DNA from: Candidatus Saganbacteria bacterium
GTDB taxonomy: Bacteria > Margulisbacteria > WOR-1 > O2-12-FULL-45-9 > XYB2-FULL-48-7
Direction of reading: 5' to 3'
Length of the DNA: 45,683 nt
NCBI GenBank assembly: GCA_016939335.1
Contig: JAFGHC010000030.1
Coordinates: 79,230-124,912 of the forward strand
Part shown: one piece after another, positions 26,297 through 39,432 of the stretch
Numbering within the stretch: position 1 is the stretch's first letter
Layout of the letters: each line of letters begins with the position of its first letter
Program-made: the position numbers and the translations under genes
The notes under the pieces: model-generated
Told to the model about the DNA's origin: nothing
Databases searched by the model: none
The model's input: the letters and a program-made list of their open reading frames with translations, nothing else

Positions 26297-27316
26297 TCAG
26301 GGGTTCCTCAATTCCAGATAGAGGGCCTTGATCGTCGCCACGATCGGCGCGGCCAGGAAGAATCCCCAGACCCCCATCAGTTCGCCGAAAACGACGATCG
26401 AGACCGCCACCGTCAGCGGATGGAGATTGAGCCGGCCGCCGAGGACCTTCGGCGCGAGGACGCCGATCGTCAGGGCGCTGACGGCCAGATAAAGCCCCGC
26501 CACGTAGCACGCCAGGAGCGGCGAATCGATCAGCGCGAGGCCCATGGCCGGCAGCGTGGCAAGGAGCGGGCCGATGTTCGGGATCAGCTGGGCGATCGCC
26601 GCGACCACGCCCAGGACCAGGGCGAACCTGACCCCCAGCAGCCAGCAGCCGGCGCCGCACATCACCCCGACCGCGGTGCAGAGGATCGCCTGGCCGATGA
26701 TGTAGTTGCGAAGTATCCCGTCGATCTCCTTCAGGATTCTGGCGGAAATTTCCCGCTGGTCGCGCGGCGCCAGTTCGACCACCCCTTTAAAAATATTCTT
26801 ATCGTCGCGCAGCAGGAAATAAACGATGATCGGCGTGATCACCAGATAAACCGACCGGGAGAGGACCGCGAGCAGGCTGTTGGCCGTCTGGCGGACAAGC
26901 TGGGCCAGGAAATCGATCAGATTACGGGCGAGCGCGGAGAGGAAACCGCTGATCTCCGCCGGGATGTTCAGGGCCGCTTCTCTCGCCTGGATCGTCCGGA
27001 AAAGCGCTTTGGCCTGCGCCAGATAGTGGGAGCTGTTCGCTCCCAGCGAACCGAACTCCCGGCTGAAAGGCGGAATGATGAACTGCAGCAGCAGTGCGGC
27101 CAGGACCAGGAAAACGGCAAAGGCGATGACGATCGCCAGGTCGCGGGGGAGGCCCGCCCCTTTCGGCCATTTCGCGGTCAGTCGGCCGGCCAGCGGTCCA
27201 AGGATGTAATAAAGGACGACGCCGAGGAGGATCGGCAGCAGCGCCCCCCTGATCAGGTACAAAAAAACGAGCAGGAACAGCAGCGCGACGGTCCGGACGA
27301 TCTGGTTGCGGCTCAT
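26297..27316 (-). CDS. AI-2E family transporter
   Basis: YIIGQ, IPNIGP, PKVLG.RLNLHPL.V, G.WGFFLAAPIVA. Confidence 0.9.
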   Translation of the reverse strand: MSRNQIVRTVALLFLLVFLYLIRGALLPILLGVVLYYILGPLAGRLTAKWPKGAGLPRDLAIVIAFAVFLVLAALLLQFIIPPFSREFGSLGANSSHYLAQAKALFRTIQAREAALNIPAEISGFLSALARNLIDFLAQLVRQTANSLLAVLSRSVYLVITPIIVYFLLRDDKNIFKGVVELAPRDQREISARILKEIDGILRNYIIGQAILCTAVGVMCGAGCWLLGVRFALVLGVVAAIAQLIPNIGPLLATLPAMGLALIDSPLLACYVAGLYLAVSALTIGVLAPKVLGGRLNLHPLTVAVSIVVFGELMGVWGFFLAAPIVATIKALYLELRNP

Positions 27317-27404
27317 GGAAGTTATTATAAACTACCATTTGGGGAATTAATAGTGTAAAATTAAACGGACGGGGCAAGGTGTCGCCAAAAGGAGGAGAAC
27401 AAAA

Positions 27405-27644
27405 ATGGCGGAACTGAACGAGGAATTCAAAGTGCGCGGCGAGGAACTGCTCAAGAAGACCAAAGAGCTGATCAAAGAAGGGAACATCCGGAAGATCACG
27501 ATCAAGGACAAGGAAGGGAAAGAAATACTTTCATTCCCCCTCACACTGGGGGTGATCGGCGCGGTGATCGCGCCGGTGCTGGCGGCGGTCGGCGCCGTGG
27601 CAGCGCTGGTGACGGAGTGCACGATCTCGGTCGAGAGAAAATAG
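27405..27644 (+). CDS. DUF4342 domain protein
   Basis: EEFKV.GEELLKK.KELIKEGNIRKITIK...PLTLGV...APVLAAVG..AALVTECTISVER. Confidence 0.88.
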   Translation: MAELNEEFKVRGEELLKKTKELIKEGNIRKITIKDKEGKEILSFPLTLGVIGAVIAPVLAAVGAVAALVTECTISVERK

Positions 27645-27659
27645 TGATATAATTGATGC

Positions 27660-28997
27660 GTGGACCTCTTTGACCTCAACGAAAAAGAGTATAAAAACCA
27701 GAGCGCACCCCTCGCCTACCGGATGGCCCCGCGCACGCTGGACGAGATCGTCGGCCAGGGGCCGATCATCGGCAAAGGGAAGCTGCTCCGGCGCCTGATC
27801 GAGACCGACAAAGTCACTTCGGTCATCCTCTCCGGGCCGCCGGGCGTCGGCAAGACCGTGATCGCCCGCGTGATCGCCAATTCGACCAAGGGTTATTTCG
27901 AATGGCTCAACGCTTCGGTCGCCAAGGTCGATGATATCCGCCGGGTCAGCTTGGAAGCCAAGGAGAGAATCAAACACCACCGGACAAAGACCATCCTCTT
28001 CCTTGACGAAATCCATCGCTTCAACAAGCTCCAGCAGGATGCCCTGCTCCCCGACGTTGAGGAAGGGAACATGATCCTGATCGGCGCGACGACGGAAAAT
28101 CCGTTCTTTTACGTCAACTCCGCCCTGGTCTCCCGCTCACAGATCTTTGAATTGAAGCCCCTTACCCCCGGCGACCTGCAAACGATCATCAAAAACGCGC
28201 TGGCCGACGAAGAACGCGGCTTCGGCAAGCTGAAGATCAAGATCGATGATGAAGCGCTTGAACATTTAGCGAAGCTGTCGGACGGCGACGCCCGGCGGGC
28301 GCTTTCCGCCCTCGAACTTGGCGTTCTGTCGACCAAACCGGATAAGAAGGGGAACATTAACATAACTCTCAAGGTCGCCGAGGAGTCGATCCAGAAGAAA
28401 AAGATCGTTTACGACAAGAAAGGCGAAGAGCATTACAACACGATCTCCGCGTTCATTAAATCGATGCGCGGCTCCGACCCCGACGCGGCCCTTTACTATC
28501 TGGCCAAGATGATCTACGCCGGGGAAGACCCCCGTTTCATCGCCAGAAGGATCGTCATCTGCGCCGCGGAAGACGTCGGCAACGCCGACCCGCTCGCCCT
28601 GGTCGTCGCCAATTCCGCCATGCAGGTGGCCGAGTTCGTCGGCCTGCCGGAAGCGCGCATCCCCCTCGCGCAGGCGGCCGTCTACGTCGCCACCGCGCCG
28701 AAGAGCAACGCCGCTTATCTTGGGATCAACAGCGCGATGAAGGATGTCGAGGAAAACCCCACCCTTGAAGTCCCCAAACACCTGCAGAACGCGGTTTACG
28801 AAGGCGAAAAGAAAATGGGCAAAGGGAAAGGCTATAAATACGCTCACGACTACGAGGGCGGTTATGTGAAGCAGGACTATTTACCGGTCGCCAAGAAATA
28901 TTATGAGCCGAAGGAGATCGGGTTCGAGAAGAAGATCAAACAGAGAATGGAGGAATTAAAATCCGAAACTCGAAATACGAAATTCGAAGGAAATTGA
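27660..28997 (+). CDS. rarA: Replication-associated recombination protein A
   Basis: [67 protein letters not shown]. Confidence 0.95.
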   Translation: MDLFDLNEKEYKNQSAPLAYRMAPRTLDEIVGQGPIIGKGKLLRRLIETDKVTSVILSGPPGVGKTVIARVIANSTKGYFEWLNASVAKVDDIRRVSLEAKERIKHHRTKTILFLDEIHRFNKLQQDALLPDVEEGNMILIGATTENPFFYVNSALVSRSQIFELKPLTPGDLQTIIKNALADEERGFGKLKIKIDDEALEHLAKLSDGDARRALSALELGVLSTKPDKKGNINITLKVAEESIQKKKIVYDKKGEEHYNTISAFIKSMRGSDPDAALYYLAKMIYAGEDPRFIARRIVICAAEDVGNADPLALVVANSAMQVAEFVGLPEARIPLAQAAVYVATAPKSNAAYLGINSAMKDVEENPTLEVPKHLQNAVYEGEKKMGKGKGYKYAHDYEGGYVKQDYLPVAKKYYEPKEIGFEKKIKQRMEELKSETRNTKFEGN

Positions 28998-29055
28998 AAA
29001 TTCGAAATCCGAATTTCGGATTTATTTCGAATTTCGATATTCGCATTTCGAGTTT
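28958..29055. repeat. Inverted heptamer-repeat element (CGAAATT/AATTTCG arms) at the rarA-nfo junction
   Basis: CGAAACT CGAAATA CGAAATT CGAAGG...TCGAAAT CCGAAT, then TTCGGAT..TTCGAAT TTCGATA TTCGCAT TTCGAG. Confidence 0.8.
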
Positions 29056-29063
29056 GAGATGCC

Positions 29064-29900
29064 ATGTCTAGGCTGTTAGGCGCCCACATGTCCACTGCCG
29101 GCGGGGCCGATAAAGCCCTGGAGCGCGGCGAGTCGATCGGCTGTACGGCGGTCCAGTTATTCGTCAAGAACAACAATCAGTGGTTCGGCAAAGATATCGA
29201 GCCGGCCACGATCAAGCGGTTCAAGTCGCATAACGTTTTCAGCTTCGCCCATACCGGTTATCTCATTAACCTGGCCGCCATTAACCCGGACAACCTGAAC
29301 AAATCAAAGAAATCGATGCGGCAGGAGCTCGACCTGGCGGAAACGCTCGGCATTCCTTTCACCGTCCTCCACCCCGGCTCGCACTTAGGCGCAGGCGAAG
29401 CTAAAGGGTTAAGGCTTGTCGCTCATAATTTAAAAGAATTATTAGCCCAGACCAAAGGCTATAAAGTAAAGGTTCTTTTGGAAACGACGGCGGGGCAAGG
29501 AACGAATCTCGGTTATAAGTTTGAACACCTGGCGGAAATACTTGACCTTGTCAGTGAGCCGAATAGGACGGGGGTTTGTTTTGACACCTGCCACGCTTTC
29601 GCCGCCGGCTACGAATTACGGGCCGAAGAAGGTTATCACGACACCTGGGAAAAGTTCGATAAAACGATCGGGCTGGACAAATTACTTGCCTTTCACCTCA
29701 ATGATTCGCAGGGCGACCTGGGGAGTAAAAAAGACCGGCACGAGCACATCGGCAAGGGTAAGCTGGGACTGGAAGCGTTCCGGCTAATCATGAATGACGC
29801 GCGGTTCTTTCAACTGCCGATGGTCCTGGAAACCCCGAAAGACCCGGACCTGAAGCAGGATATTGAGAACTTAAACATCCTTCGAGCATTAGAGTCTTAG
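29064..29900 (+). CDS. nfo: Endonuclease IV
   Basis: LGAHMS, HTGYLINL, HPGSH, LETTAGQG, CFDTCH, HLNDS, DRHEHIG, ETP. Confidence 0.95.
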   Translation: MSRLLGAHMSTAGGADKALERGESIGCTAVQLFVKNNNQWFGKDIEPATIKRFKSHNVFSFAHTGYLINLAAINPDNLNKSKKSMRQELDLAETLGIPFTVLHPGSHLGAGEAKGLRLVAHNLKELLAQTKGYKVKVLLETTAGQGTNLGYKFEHLAEILDLVSEPNRTGVCFDTCHAFAAGYELRAEEGYHDTWEKFDKTIGLDKLLAFHLNDSQGDLGSKKDRHEHIGKGKLGLEAFRLIMNDARFFQLPMVLETPKDPDLKQDIENLNILRALES

Positions 29901-29942
29901 AGGCAAATTTCTAAATGGCCTCAAAGGATCGAAGACTCAAAG
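29880..29942. repeat. Inverted pair of degenerate 8-mer repeats at the end of nfo
   Basis: CTTCGAGCATTAGAGTCTTAGAG resembles the reverse complement of CTCAAAGGATCGAAGACTCAAAG. Confidence 0.5.
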
Positions 29943-29977
29943 AAATTATCTCGCTTACTTAATGGTATAATAAACTC

Positions 29978-30673
29978 ATGAAAAAGCACTACGAAGACAT
30001 CGGCTTTGCCAAGGTCGACCATCACCGCCCCCGCCGCAAAGGCTTCCCCGAAACCATTTACTGCGCGGAAAAAACGCCGGCGCAGGTCGCCAAGATCGCG
30101 CAAACGATCTGGGCGCGGGGACATAACGTCCTGGCCACCAGGGCGGACCGCAAAGCTTTCCTGGCGGTCAAGAAAGTTTTGAAAAAAGCCCATTATCACG
30201 AAACTGCCCGGATCATTACGGCGCTTAACCCCAAAACGACCCGTGACCCGCGCCCCGTGACTCGCGACATATCAATCATCACCGCGGGAACGGCCGACCT
30301 CCCCGTTGCCGAAGAAGCGGCCGTCACCGCCGAATTCCTCGGGCTGAAAGTTGAGCGCCTGTTCGACGTCGGCGTGGCCGGCATCCACCGGCTGGTCAAT
30401 AATCTGGATAAACTGAAAAAAGCGCGGGTCGTCATCGTGATCGCCGGGATGGAAGGCGCCCTCCCCTCCGTCCTCGGCGGGCTGATCGACAAGCCGATCA
30501 TCGCCGTGCCGACCAGCGTCGGTTACGGGGCCAGCTTCAAAGGATTGTCAGCTTTGCTGACGATGCTGAATTCGTGCGCCCCGGGGATCGCCGTCGTCAA
30601 CATCGACAACGGTTTCGGTGCCGCCGTGATGGCGTATTCGATCTTAAAGCAGATTAAACGTAGCGGCCTTTAG
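29978..30673 (+). CDS. larB: Nickel pincer cofactor biosynthesis protein LarB
   Basis: [63 protein letters not shown]. Confidence 0.93.
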   Translation: MKKHYEDIGFAKVDHHRPRRKGFPETIYCAEKTPAQVAKIAQTIWARGHNVLATRADRKAFLAVKKVLKKAHYHETARIITALNPKTTRDPRPVTRDISIITAGTADLPVAEEAAVTAEFLGLKVERLFDVGVAGIHRLVNNLDKLKKARVVIVIAGMEGALPSVLGGLIDKPIIAVPTSVGYGASFKGLSALLTMLNSCAPGIAVVNIDNGFGAAVMAYSILKQIKRSGL

Positions 30674-31016
30674 GACTTTTTCCTAAAGCCACAAAAATTT
30701 GCCTTTTCCCCACAACAACTTTAGCGCCGACGACCAATTCTCTCCCCTTGACCGCCCCTTTTTTGACCAGTTTACATTCCATATTCCAGACATCCCTGAC
30801 AAATCCTTCTAACTTTACATCCGTTTCCAGCACGCGATTAAAACTCGAGCTTCTCTCCAGCGCTTCCAGAGTTTTCTCTACAGCCGTTCTGAGTTCCGGC
30901 CGGCTATCCAAGCCCGAACGTATCTTCTCACCGAGGCGTTCCGCCGCTGGAGCGAACCTCAACCTCAATGATTGAAGCCCCCTGCCCGCCAAAGCTTCTA
31001 TTCTAGCTCTTATCAT
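30654..31016 (-). CDS. Hypothetical protein (orphan) inserted antisense between larB and larC
   Basis: 120-aa ORF with RBS AAGGAGG and a sigma28-like promoter; more AT-rich than its neighbours. Confidence 0.65.
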   Translation of the reverse strand: MIRARIEALAGRGLQSLRLRFAPAAERLGEKIRSGLDSRPELRTAVEKTLEALERSSSFNRVLETDVKLEGFVRDVWNMECKLVKKGAVKGRELVVGAKVVVGKRQIFVALGKSPKGRYV

Positions 31017-31044
31017 TTATGCTCCTCCTTTAAGGCCCTAGTTA

Positions 31045-31072
31045 TTATCGGCTCCTAATCAAAATAATTTCA
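31045..31072 (-). promoter_or_regulatory. Sigma28/FliA-like promoter TGAAA-N15-GCCGATAA
   Basis: TGAAA ttattttgattagga GCCGATAA; same architecture as 23356-23383. Confidence 0.7.
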
Positions 31073-31112
31073 CTGATTTTATTCCCGGCCGGCAGTATGT
31101 TAAGATGAGATC

Positions 31113-33807
<2,695 letters not shown>

Positions 33808-35322
33808 TTATTCCAGTAACAGGCTTTTGGTCGAAAAGTTCGGGTCGCTGGTAATGTTGACGCCGAGCCGCCGCAGGCCGGCCTCATCGCCCGGCGTCGG
33901 GATATGCGTCAGATGGACCTCGCAGCCGCGCAGTTCTTTCAATTTTTCCATTGCCAGCTGGGCGGTGGGGTTGGTCGCCGCGCTCATCGCCAGCGCGATC
34001 ATCGTTTCGCCCAGGTCCAGGCTGACCGCTTTGGCCCCCAGGATGTCTTTTTTCAGGCTGCCGATCTGCTCAATGACGTTCGGCGACAGCAGATGGAGTT
34101 TTTCCGGGATCTCCGCCAGCTTTTTGATGGCGTTGAGGACCAGGCTGGAAGAAGCGTGCATCAGCGAAAAATTCTTGCCGGTGACGATCGTCCCGTCCTT
34201 CAGTTCGATGGCCGCCCCGCAGAAGAAGCCGTCATGCCCTTTGTTTTTCTCCTGGGCGGCCCGCGCCGCGGCCCGCGCCGCCGCGACCACCGGCCGGTCT
34301 TCCGTTGTCAGCCCCAGCTCGTCCATGATCAGCTCCACCCGCTGGGACGTTTCCTTGTCCATCACGCCCATCATGTACTCGCAGGCGTAGCGGAAATAGC
34401 GCCGGATTATCTCCTGGCGGGCCGCCGTCTTGACCGCCTCATCGTCAATGATGCCGATCCCGGCCTTGTTGACCCCCATATCGGTGGGCGACTTGTAGAC
34501 CGATTCCTGGCCGGTGATCTTTTCCAATATCCGCTTCAGCAGAGGGAAAGCTTCGACATCGCGGTTGTAATTGACCGCCACCTTGCCGTACGCTTCCAGG
34601 TGGAACGGATCGATCATGTTAATGTCGCGCAGGTCGGCCGTGGCCGCCTCGTAGGCGACGTTGACCGGATGCTTGAGCGGCAGGTTCCAGATCGGGAACG
34701 TCTCGAACTTGGCATAGCCGCTCTTGATCCCGTTCTTGTAATCGTGATACAGCTGGGACAGGCAGGTGGCCAGTTTGCCGCTCCCCGGGCCGGGGCCGGT
34801 CACCACCACCAGCGGCTTGGTGGTCGCGATATATTCATTCTGGCCATAGCCCCCGTCGCTGACGATCAGGTCGATATCGGTCGGATAGCCGCGGGTGTGC
34901 GGATGGGTATAGACCTTGATCCCGCGCCGCTCCAGCTTATTTTTGAAAATGCTCGCCGCCGGCTGGTCGGCGAACCGGGTGATCACCACCGCCAGAATGT
35001 CAATGTCCCAGCCGCGCAGGTCATCGATCAGCTTCAGCGCCGCCGCGTCGTAGGTGATCCCGAAATCGGCCCGGACCTTTTTCCTTTCGATATCGCCGGC
35101 GTAGATGCAGAGGATGATGTCCGCTTTCCCCTGCAGCGCCTGCAGGAGGCGGAGCTTGATATTGGGGTCGAAACCGGGCAGGACCCGGGCCGCGTGGTAA
35201 TCGAAGATCAGCTTGCCGCCGAACTCCAGATAAAGCTTGTTGTCGTGCTGCTTGACCCGCTCCATGATCGCCCCGGTCTGCGCCTGCAGGTAGCGTTCAT
35301 TGTCAAAGCCGTTCCGCATCAT
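33808..35322 (-). CDS. DUF1846 / UPF0371 family protein
   Basis: [55 protein letters not shown]. Confidence 0.92.
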   Translation of the reverse strand: MMRNGFDNERYLQAQTGAIMERVKQHDNKLYLEFGGKLIFDYHAARVLPGFDPNIKLRLLQALQGKADIILCIYAGDIERKKVRADFGITYDAAALKLIDDLRGWDIDILAVVITRFADQPAASIFKNKLERRGIKVYTHPHTRGYPTDIDLIVSDGGYGQNEYIATTKPLVVVTGPGPGSGKLATCLSQLYHDYKNGIKSGYAKFETFPIWNLPLKHPVNVAYEAATADLRDINMIDPFHLEAYGKVAVNYNRDVEAFPLLKRILEKITGQESVYKSPTDMGVNKAGIGIIDDEAVKTAARQEIIRRYFRYACEYMMGVMDKETSQRVELIMDELGLTTEDRPVVAAARAAARAAQEKNKGHDGFFCGAAIELKDGTIVTGKNFSLMHASSSLVLNAIKKLAEIPEKLHLLSPNVIEQIGSLKKDILGAKAVSLDLGETMIALAMSAATNPTAQLAMEKLKELRGCEVHLTHIPTPGDEAGLRRLGVNITSDPNFSTKSLLLE

Positions 35323-36320
35323 TTTCGCCTTTCATATTCGTCGTGGATCTCGCCGACAATTTCCTCGACCAGGTCCTCGAGCGTCACCAGGCCGAGCGTG
35401 TGCCCGAACTCGTCGACCACGACCGCCAGATGCTTGTAAGCCGCCTGCATCTGCTCCATCACGTCGCTGATCTTCTTGACGCCGGGGATGAAGAGCGCCT
35501 GGCGCAGGTGGTCAGTTAGCTTGTCCGCGCGGCCGGCCGCCAGCAGGTCCTTGGCATAGACCACACCGACGATGTTGTCGAAGTTCTGTTCGTAGACCGG
35601 CAGCCGGGAGTGTCCCGACTCCCTGATCCTGTCGATCGCCTCGCCGACCGTGCCGGCCGCCTCGCAGCAGACCATCTTGCCGCGCGCCGTCATCACGTCG
35701 CGGGCGGTCAGGTCGCCGAATTTGAAGACCGAGCTGATCATTTCCCGCTCCTCGCGCTCGATCGCCCCCTCCTTCTCCCCCAGGTAGAGCATGGCCTTGA
35801 TCTCCTCTTCCGTGATGAACGGCCCCCGCTCCGTCAGCTTGCCGCCGAACAGGAAAATGAACGGCCGGCTGATCAAAGAGATCAGCCAGGCGACCGGCGT
35901 CAGGACCCATTCAATGACCAAGAGCGGCGGCGCCAGGAGGAGCGACCAGCGTTCGGCGTTGCGGATCGCCACCGTCTTCGGCGTGATCTCGCCGAAGACC
36001 AGGATGAAGAGCGTCATCACCCCGACCGCCACGCCGATGATGACCCCGACATCGGCCAGCCCCAGCCGTTCAAAGTAACGCGTCACCACGGTCGTGGCCA
36101 GGACCGAAGCGCTGATGTTGACGACATTGTTGCCGATCAGCAGGGCCGTCAGCAGCTTGGCCGGGTCCTCGCGCAGCTGGCGCAGCGCACGCGCCCCCGG
36201 TTTCTTCATCTCGACCAGCTGGGCGATGCGCGGCCGGCCGACCGTCGTCATCGCCGTTTCCGCCGCCGCGAAAAAGGCGGAGAGCATGAGAAAGACCGCC
36301 AGCAGTAAAATCTCGATCAT
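35319..36320 (-). CDS. Hemolysin-family CNNM/CBS domain protein (CorB/TlyC-like)
   Basis: [60 protein letters not shown]. Confidence 0.92.
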   Translation of the reverse strand: MIEILLLAVFLMLSAFFAAAETAMTTVGRPRIAQLVEMKKPGARALRQLREDPAKLLTALLIGNNVVNISASVLATTVVTRYFERLGLADVGVIIGVAVGVMTLFILVFGEITPKTVAIRNAERWSLLLAPPLLVIEWVLTPVAWLISLISRPFIFLFGGKLTERGPFITEEEIKAMLYLGEKEGAIEREEREMISSVFKFGDLTARDVMTARGKMVCCEAAGTVGEAIDRIRESGHSRLPVYEQNFDNIVGVVYAKDLLAAGRADKLTDHLRQALFIPGVKKISDVMEQMQAAYKHLAVVVDEFGHTLGLVTLEDLVEEIVGEIHDEYERRK

Positions 36321-36674
36321 TTACCTGATCAACCTCACGCCGATGACCAGCACGCCGACCAGCCCCGCTGTGACCGCCGCGATCAGCACCGCGCCGGCCG
36401 CCACGTTCTTGGCCAGCGCCGCCAAGGGATTATTAGCCGGCTCGACCAGGTTCACCAGCTCCTCGAGCGCGGTGTTGAACATCTCCGCGGTGATCACCAG
36501 CCCGATCGTCAGCACCAGCAAGGCCAGTTCGAGCACGCCGACGCGCAAAGCGACCGCCACCACCAGCACGAGCAGCGCGATCAAAAAATGGAGCCAGAGA
36601 TTCCGCTCGGTCCGCCAGGCATGGACGGCCCCCAGGCGGGCAAATTTAAAGCTGCGCATAAGACGTTTCGGCAT
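36321..36674 (-). CDS. dgkA: Diacylglycerol/undecaprenol kinase family protein
   Basis: SFKFA..G, ERN, AEMFNTALE.LVN, AKNVAAGAVL. Confidence 0.88.
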   Translation of the reverse strand: MPKRLMRSFKFARLGAVHAWRTERNLWLHFLIALLVLVVAVALRVGVLELALLVLTIGLVITAEMFNTALEELVNLVEPANNPLAALAKNVAAGAVLIAAVTAGLVGVLVIGVRLIR

Positions 36675-36993
36675 CTTTCATCATCCTCCCGTGGTTATAA
36701 CCCAGCACGTGCAGCGTCCCGTGGATCACCAGCCGCCTGACCTCGTCGCGATAGGCTACGCCGTATTTTTTTGCGTTCCGGCGCGCGGTCTCGCGGGAAA
36801 TTATCACGTCGCCCAGAGTTTTGCCTTCGTCATAACTGAACGACAAAACGTCGGTCGGTCTGTCCTTTCTCCTGAACTTCCTGTTCAGCACGCGCATTTC
36901 CCTGTCATTGATGAAACTCAAATCGATCGTCCCTTTTTTTTCTTCTCTTTTAATGATCTTCTTTATCAAAGTCTTCAAATCCCCGCTTCTCAC
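36646..36993 (-). CDS. ybeY: rRNA maturation RNase YbeY
   Basis: LNRKFR.KDRPTDVLSF, LGDVIIS, HGTLHVLGYNH. Confidence 0.92.
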   Translation of the reverse strand: MRSGDLKTLIKKIIKREEKKGTIDLSFINDREMRVLNRKFRRKDRPTDVLSFSYDEGKTLGDVIISRETARRNAKKYGVAYRDEVRRLVIHGTLHVLGYNHGRMMKDAETSYAQL

Positions 36994-37025
36994 TTTTTAC
37001 TTCTTACTTTTCACTTCTTACTTAT
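36986..37025. repeat. Heptamer tandem repeat at the murA-ybeY junction
   Basis: CTTCTCA CTTTTTA CTTCTTA CTTTTCA CTTCTTA. Confidence 0.75.
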
Positions 37026-38267
37026 ATCCGCTCCCAGCGCGTTGAACCTCTCGGCCAGGCGTTCGTAGCCGCGGTTCAGGTGATGGTCGCGGTCCTCGAG
37101 CAGCGTCTCGCCCTCCGCCGCCAGGCCGGCCAAGAGCAGCGCCGCCCCCGCCCGCAGGTCGGTGACCCGCACCGGTGCGCCGGAGAGCCGGCTGACGCCG
37201 TTGACGATCGCGCTCTGCCCTTCCAGTTTGATGTCGGCCCCCATCCGGCAGAGTTCCGGCAGGTGCATGAAACGGTTCTCGAAGACGCTTTCGGAAATAA
37301 CCGAGGTGCCGGCGGAAAGCGACAGCAAGGCGGTGAGCTGCGGCTGCATGTCGGTCGGGAAGCCGGGGTACGGCAGCGTTTTGACGTCAACCGCCTTGAA
37401 GCCGTCGCCTGCGGCCACGACTATCTCGTCGCTGCCCGGCACGACCCTGACCCCCATCTCCTGCAGCTTATTGATCGTGGCCGTCAGATGGTCGGGCACG
37501 ACCCGCTTGAGCTTGAGCTCGCCTCTGGTGATCGCGGCGGCGACCATCAGCGTTCCCGCTTCGATCCGGTCGGGAATGATCGTGTATTCGACCGGCGCCA
37601 GTTGCGGCACTCCCTCAACACGGATCTGTTCGCTGCCGGCCCCTTCGATCCGCGCCCCCGCGGCGATCAGGAAATTGGCCAGGTCGACGATCTCCGGCTC
37701 GCGCGCCGCGTTGCCGATCAGCGTTTCCCCTTCGGCCAGCGCCGCCGCCATCAGCACCGATTCGGTCGCGCCGACCGAGGGAAAGTCAAAATGGATCTTG
37801 GCGCCGCGCAGCCGGTTTGCGCTGGCAATGACAAAGCCGTGCTCGAGCTCGACCCGGGCGCCGAGCGCTTCCAGTCCTTTGATGTGGATATCGACCGGCC
37901 GCGAGCCGATGGCGCAGCCGCCCGGCAGCGGGATCTTGGCCAGTCCCTTGACCGCCAGGATCGGACCGATGACGAAAAAGGAGGCGCGCATTTTGGTCAC
38001 CAGTTCGTAGGGAGCGACGTGCCGCACCTGGTAATTCCAGACATTGACGGTATTGGGGGACGACTGCGAATACTCGGCGCGCAGTCCGAGCGCGCGCAGG
38101 ACCCGGATCATGGTGGTGACATCGAGCAAATTGGGGACGTTGCGGACGACCGAGCGCCCCGGCAGCATGATCGTCGCCGCCAGGATCGGCAAGGCCGCGT
38201 TCTTGGAGCCGGAAACATTGACCTCGCCCCGCAGGGGTTTAGCCCCCTTAACCACCAGCTTGAGCAT
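37011..38267 (-). CDS. murA: UDP-N-acetylglucosamine 1-carboxyvinyltransferase
   Basis: SGSKNAALP, MRAS, LPGGCAIGSRPVD.H, PDRIEAGT, YPGFPTDMQ, DLRAGAAL. Confidence 0.96.
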   Translation of the reverse strand: MLKLVVKGAKPLRGEVNVSGSKNAALPILAATIMLPGRSVVRNVPNLLDVTTMIRVLRALGLRAEYSQSSPNTVNVWNYQVRHVAPYELVTKMRASFFVIGPILAVKGLAKIPLPGGCAIGSRPVDIHIKGLEALGARVELEHGFVIASANRLRGAKIHFDFPSVGATESVLMAAALAEGETLIGNAAREPEIVDLANFLIAAGARIEGAGSEQIRVEGVPQLAPVEYTIIPDRIEAGTLMVAAAITRGELKLKRVVPDHLTATINKLQEMGVRVVPGSDEIVVAAGDGFKAVDVKTLPYPGFPTDMQPQLTALLSLSAGTSVISESVFENRFMHLPELCRMGADIKLEGQSAIVNGVSRLSGAPVRVTDLRAGAALLLAGLAAEGETLLEDRDHHLNRGYERLAERFNALGADISKK

Positions 38268-39411
38268 TGAACTCCTCCGGCCGCTGGTCCTTGGCCCCGA
38301 AATAATGGAGCAGTGCCCCGCCGATCCGCGCGCTCGCCCGGCCGTCGCCGTAAGGGTTGACGGCCCGCGTCATCCGTTCATAAGCCGCGCGGTCGGTCAG
38401 CAGGCGTTCGGCTTCGTCAAAGATCACCTGTTCGTCCAGCCCGACCAGCTTGACGGTCCCCGCCTCGACCGCGTCCGGCCGCTCCGTTTTTTCGCGCAGC
38501 ACCAGGACCGGTTTACCGAGCGAAGGGGCCTCTTCCTGCACCCCGCCCGAATCGGTCAGGATAAGATAGGCCGCCTTCATCAAATGGACAAAGGCTTCGT
38601 AATCAAGCGGCTCGGTCAGTTCGACATTGTCAACGTCCTCGAGCAGTTCGTTGATCACGTTCCTGACCAAGGGATTCCGGTGGACCGGGATGATGAATTC
38701 GACCTCGCCGCGGTGGCGCTCGGCCAGTTTTTTGATCGCGGCGCAGATATTTTTCAGCGGCTGGCCGAAGCTCTCGCGGCGGTGCGCGGTCACCAGCACG
38801 GTCTTTTTGCCGCGGGCCAGCTTGAGACCGGCCTGTTCCAGCGAGAAAACGCGCCCGGCCACCGCCAGCAGGGCATCGATCACTGTGTTGCCGGTCAGAT
38901 AGATCCGCTCCCGGGGTATGTTCTCCGCCATCAGGTTGGCCGCCGAGCTCCGGGTCGGCGCAAAGTGCAGATCGGCCAGATTGGAGATCAGTTTGCGGTT
39001 CATCTCTTCGGGGAACGGCCGCTTTTTATCGAAAGTGCGCAGGCCGGCTTCAATGTGACCGAGCGGGACGCCATAATAAAAAGCCGCCAGCGCGGCGGCA
39101 AAAGCGGTTGAGGTATCGCCCTGGACCAGCAGCATCTCCGGCTTCTCGCGCAGGATGATCTCTTCCAGCCCCTGCAGCGATTTGGTCACGATGCCGGGGA
39201 TGGTCTGATTCTCTTCCATGATGCCGAGATCGTAATCGGCATCGAGGCCGAAGAGTCTCATGACCTGGTCAAGCATCTGGCGGTGCTGGCCGGTCGTCAC
39301 CACGATCGGCTCAAGGATGTCGGGATATTTCTCGATTTCCTTGATGACCGGCGCCATTTTGATCGCCTCCGGCCGGGTCCCGAACACAAACATGATCCGC
39401 TTGCGATTCAT
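38248..39411 (-). CDS. wecB: UDP-N-acetylglucosamine 2-epimerase (non-hydrolysing)
   Basis: FGTRPEAIKMAP, TGQH, QGDT, HIEAGLRT, TDSGGVQEEAP, NPYGDG. Confidence 0.95.
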   Translation of the reverse strand: MNRKRIMFVFGTRPEAIKMAPVIKEIEKYPDILEPIVVTTGQHRQMLDQVMRLFGLDADYDLGIMEENQTIPGIVTKSLQGLEEIILREKPEMLLVQGDTSTAFAAALAAFYYGVPLGHIEAGLRTFDKKRPFPEEMNRKLISNLADLHFAPTRSSAANLMAENIPRERIYLTGNTVIDALLAVAGRVFSLEQAGLKLARGKKTVLVTAHRRESFGQPLKNICAAIKKLAERHRGEVEFIIPVHRNPLVRNVINELLEDVDNVELTEPLDYEAFVHLMKAAYLILTDSGGVQEEAPSLGKPVLVLREKTERPDAVEAGTVKLVGLDEQVIFDEAERLLTDRAAYERMTRAVNPYGDGRASARIGGALLHYFGAKDQRPEEFNAQAGG

Positions 39412-39432
39412 TAATCTCCTGCTCCCTACCCT

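Noticed and set aside
28958..29055. Repeat tracts considered as a CRISPR array
   Set aside because: Units are 7-9 nt and degenerate, there are no unique spacers, and no cas genes are in the window
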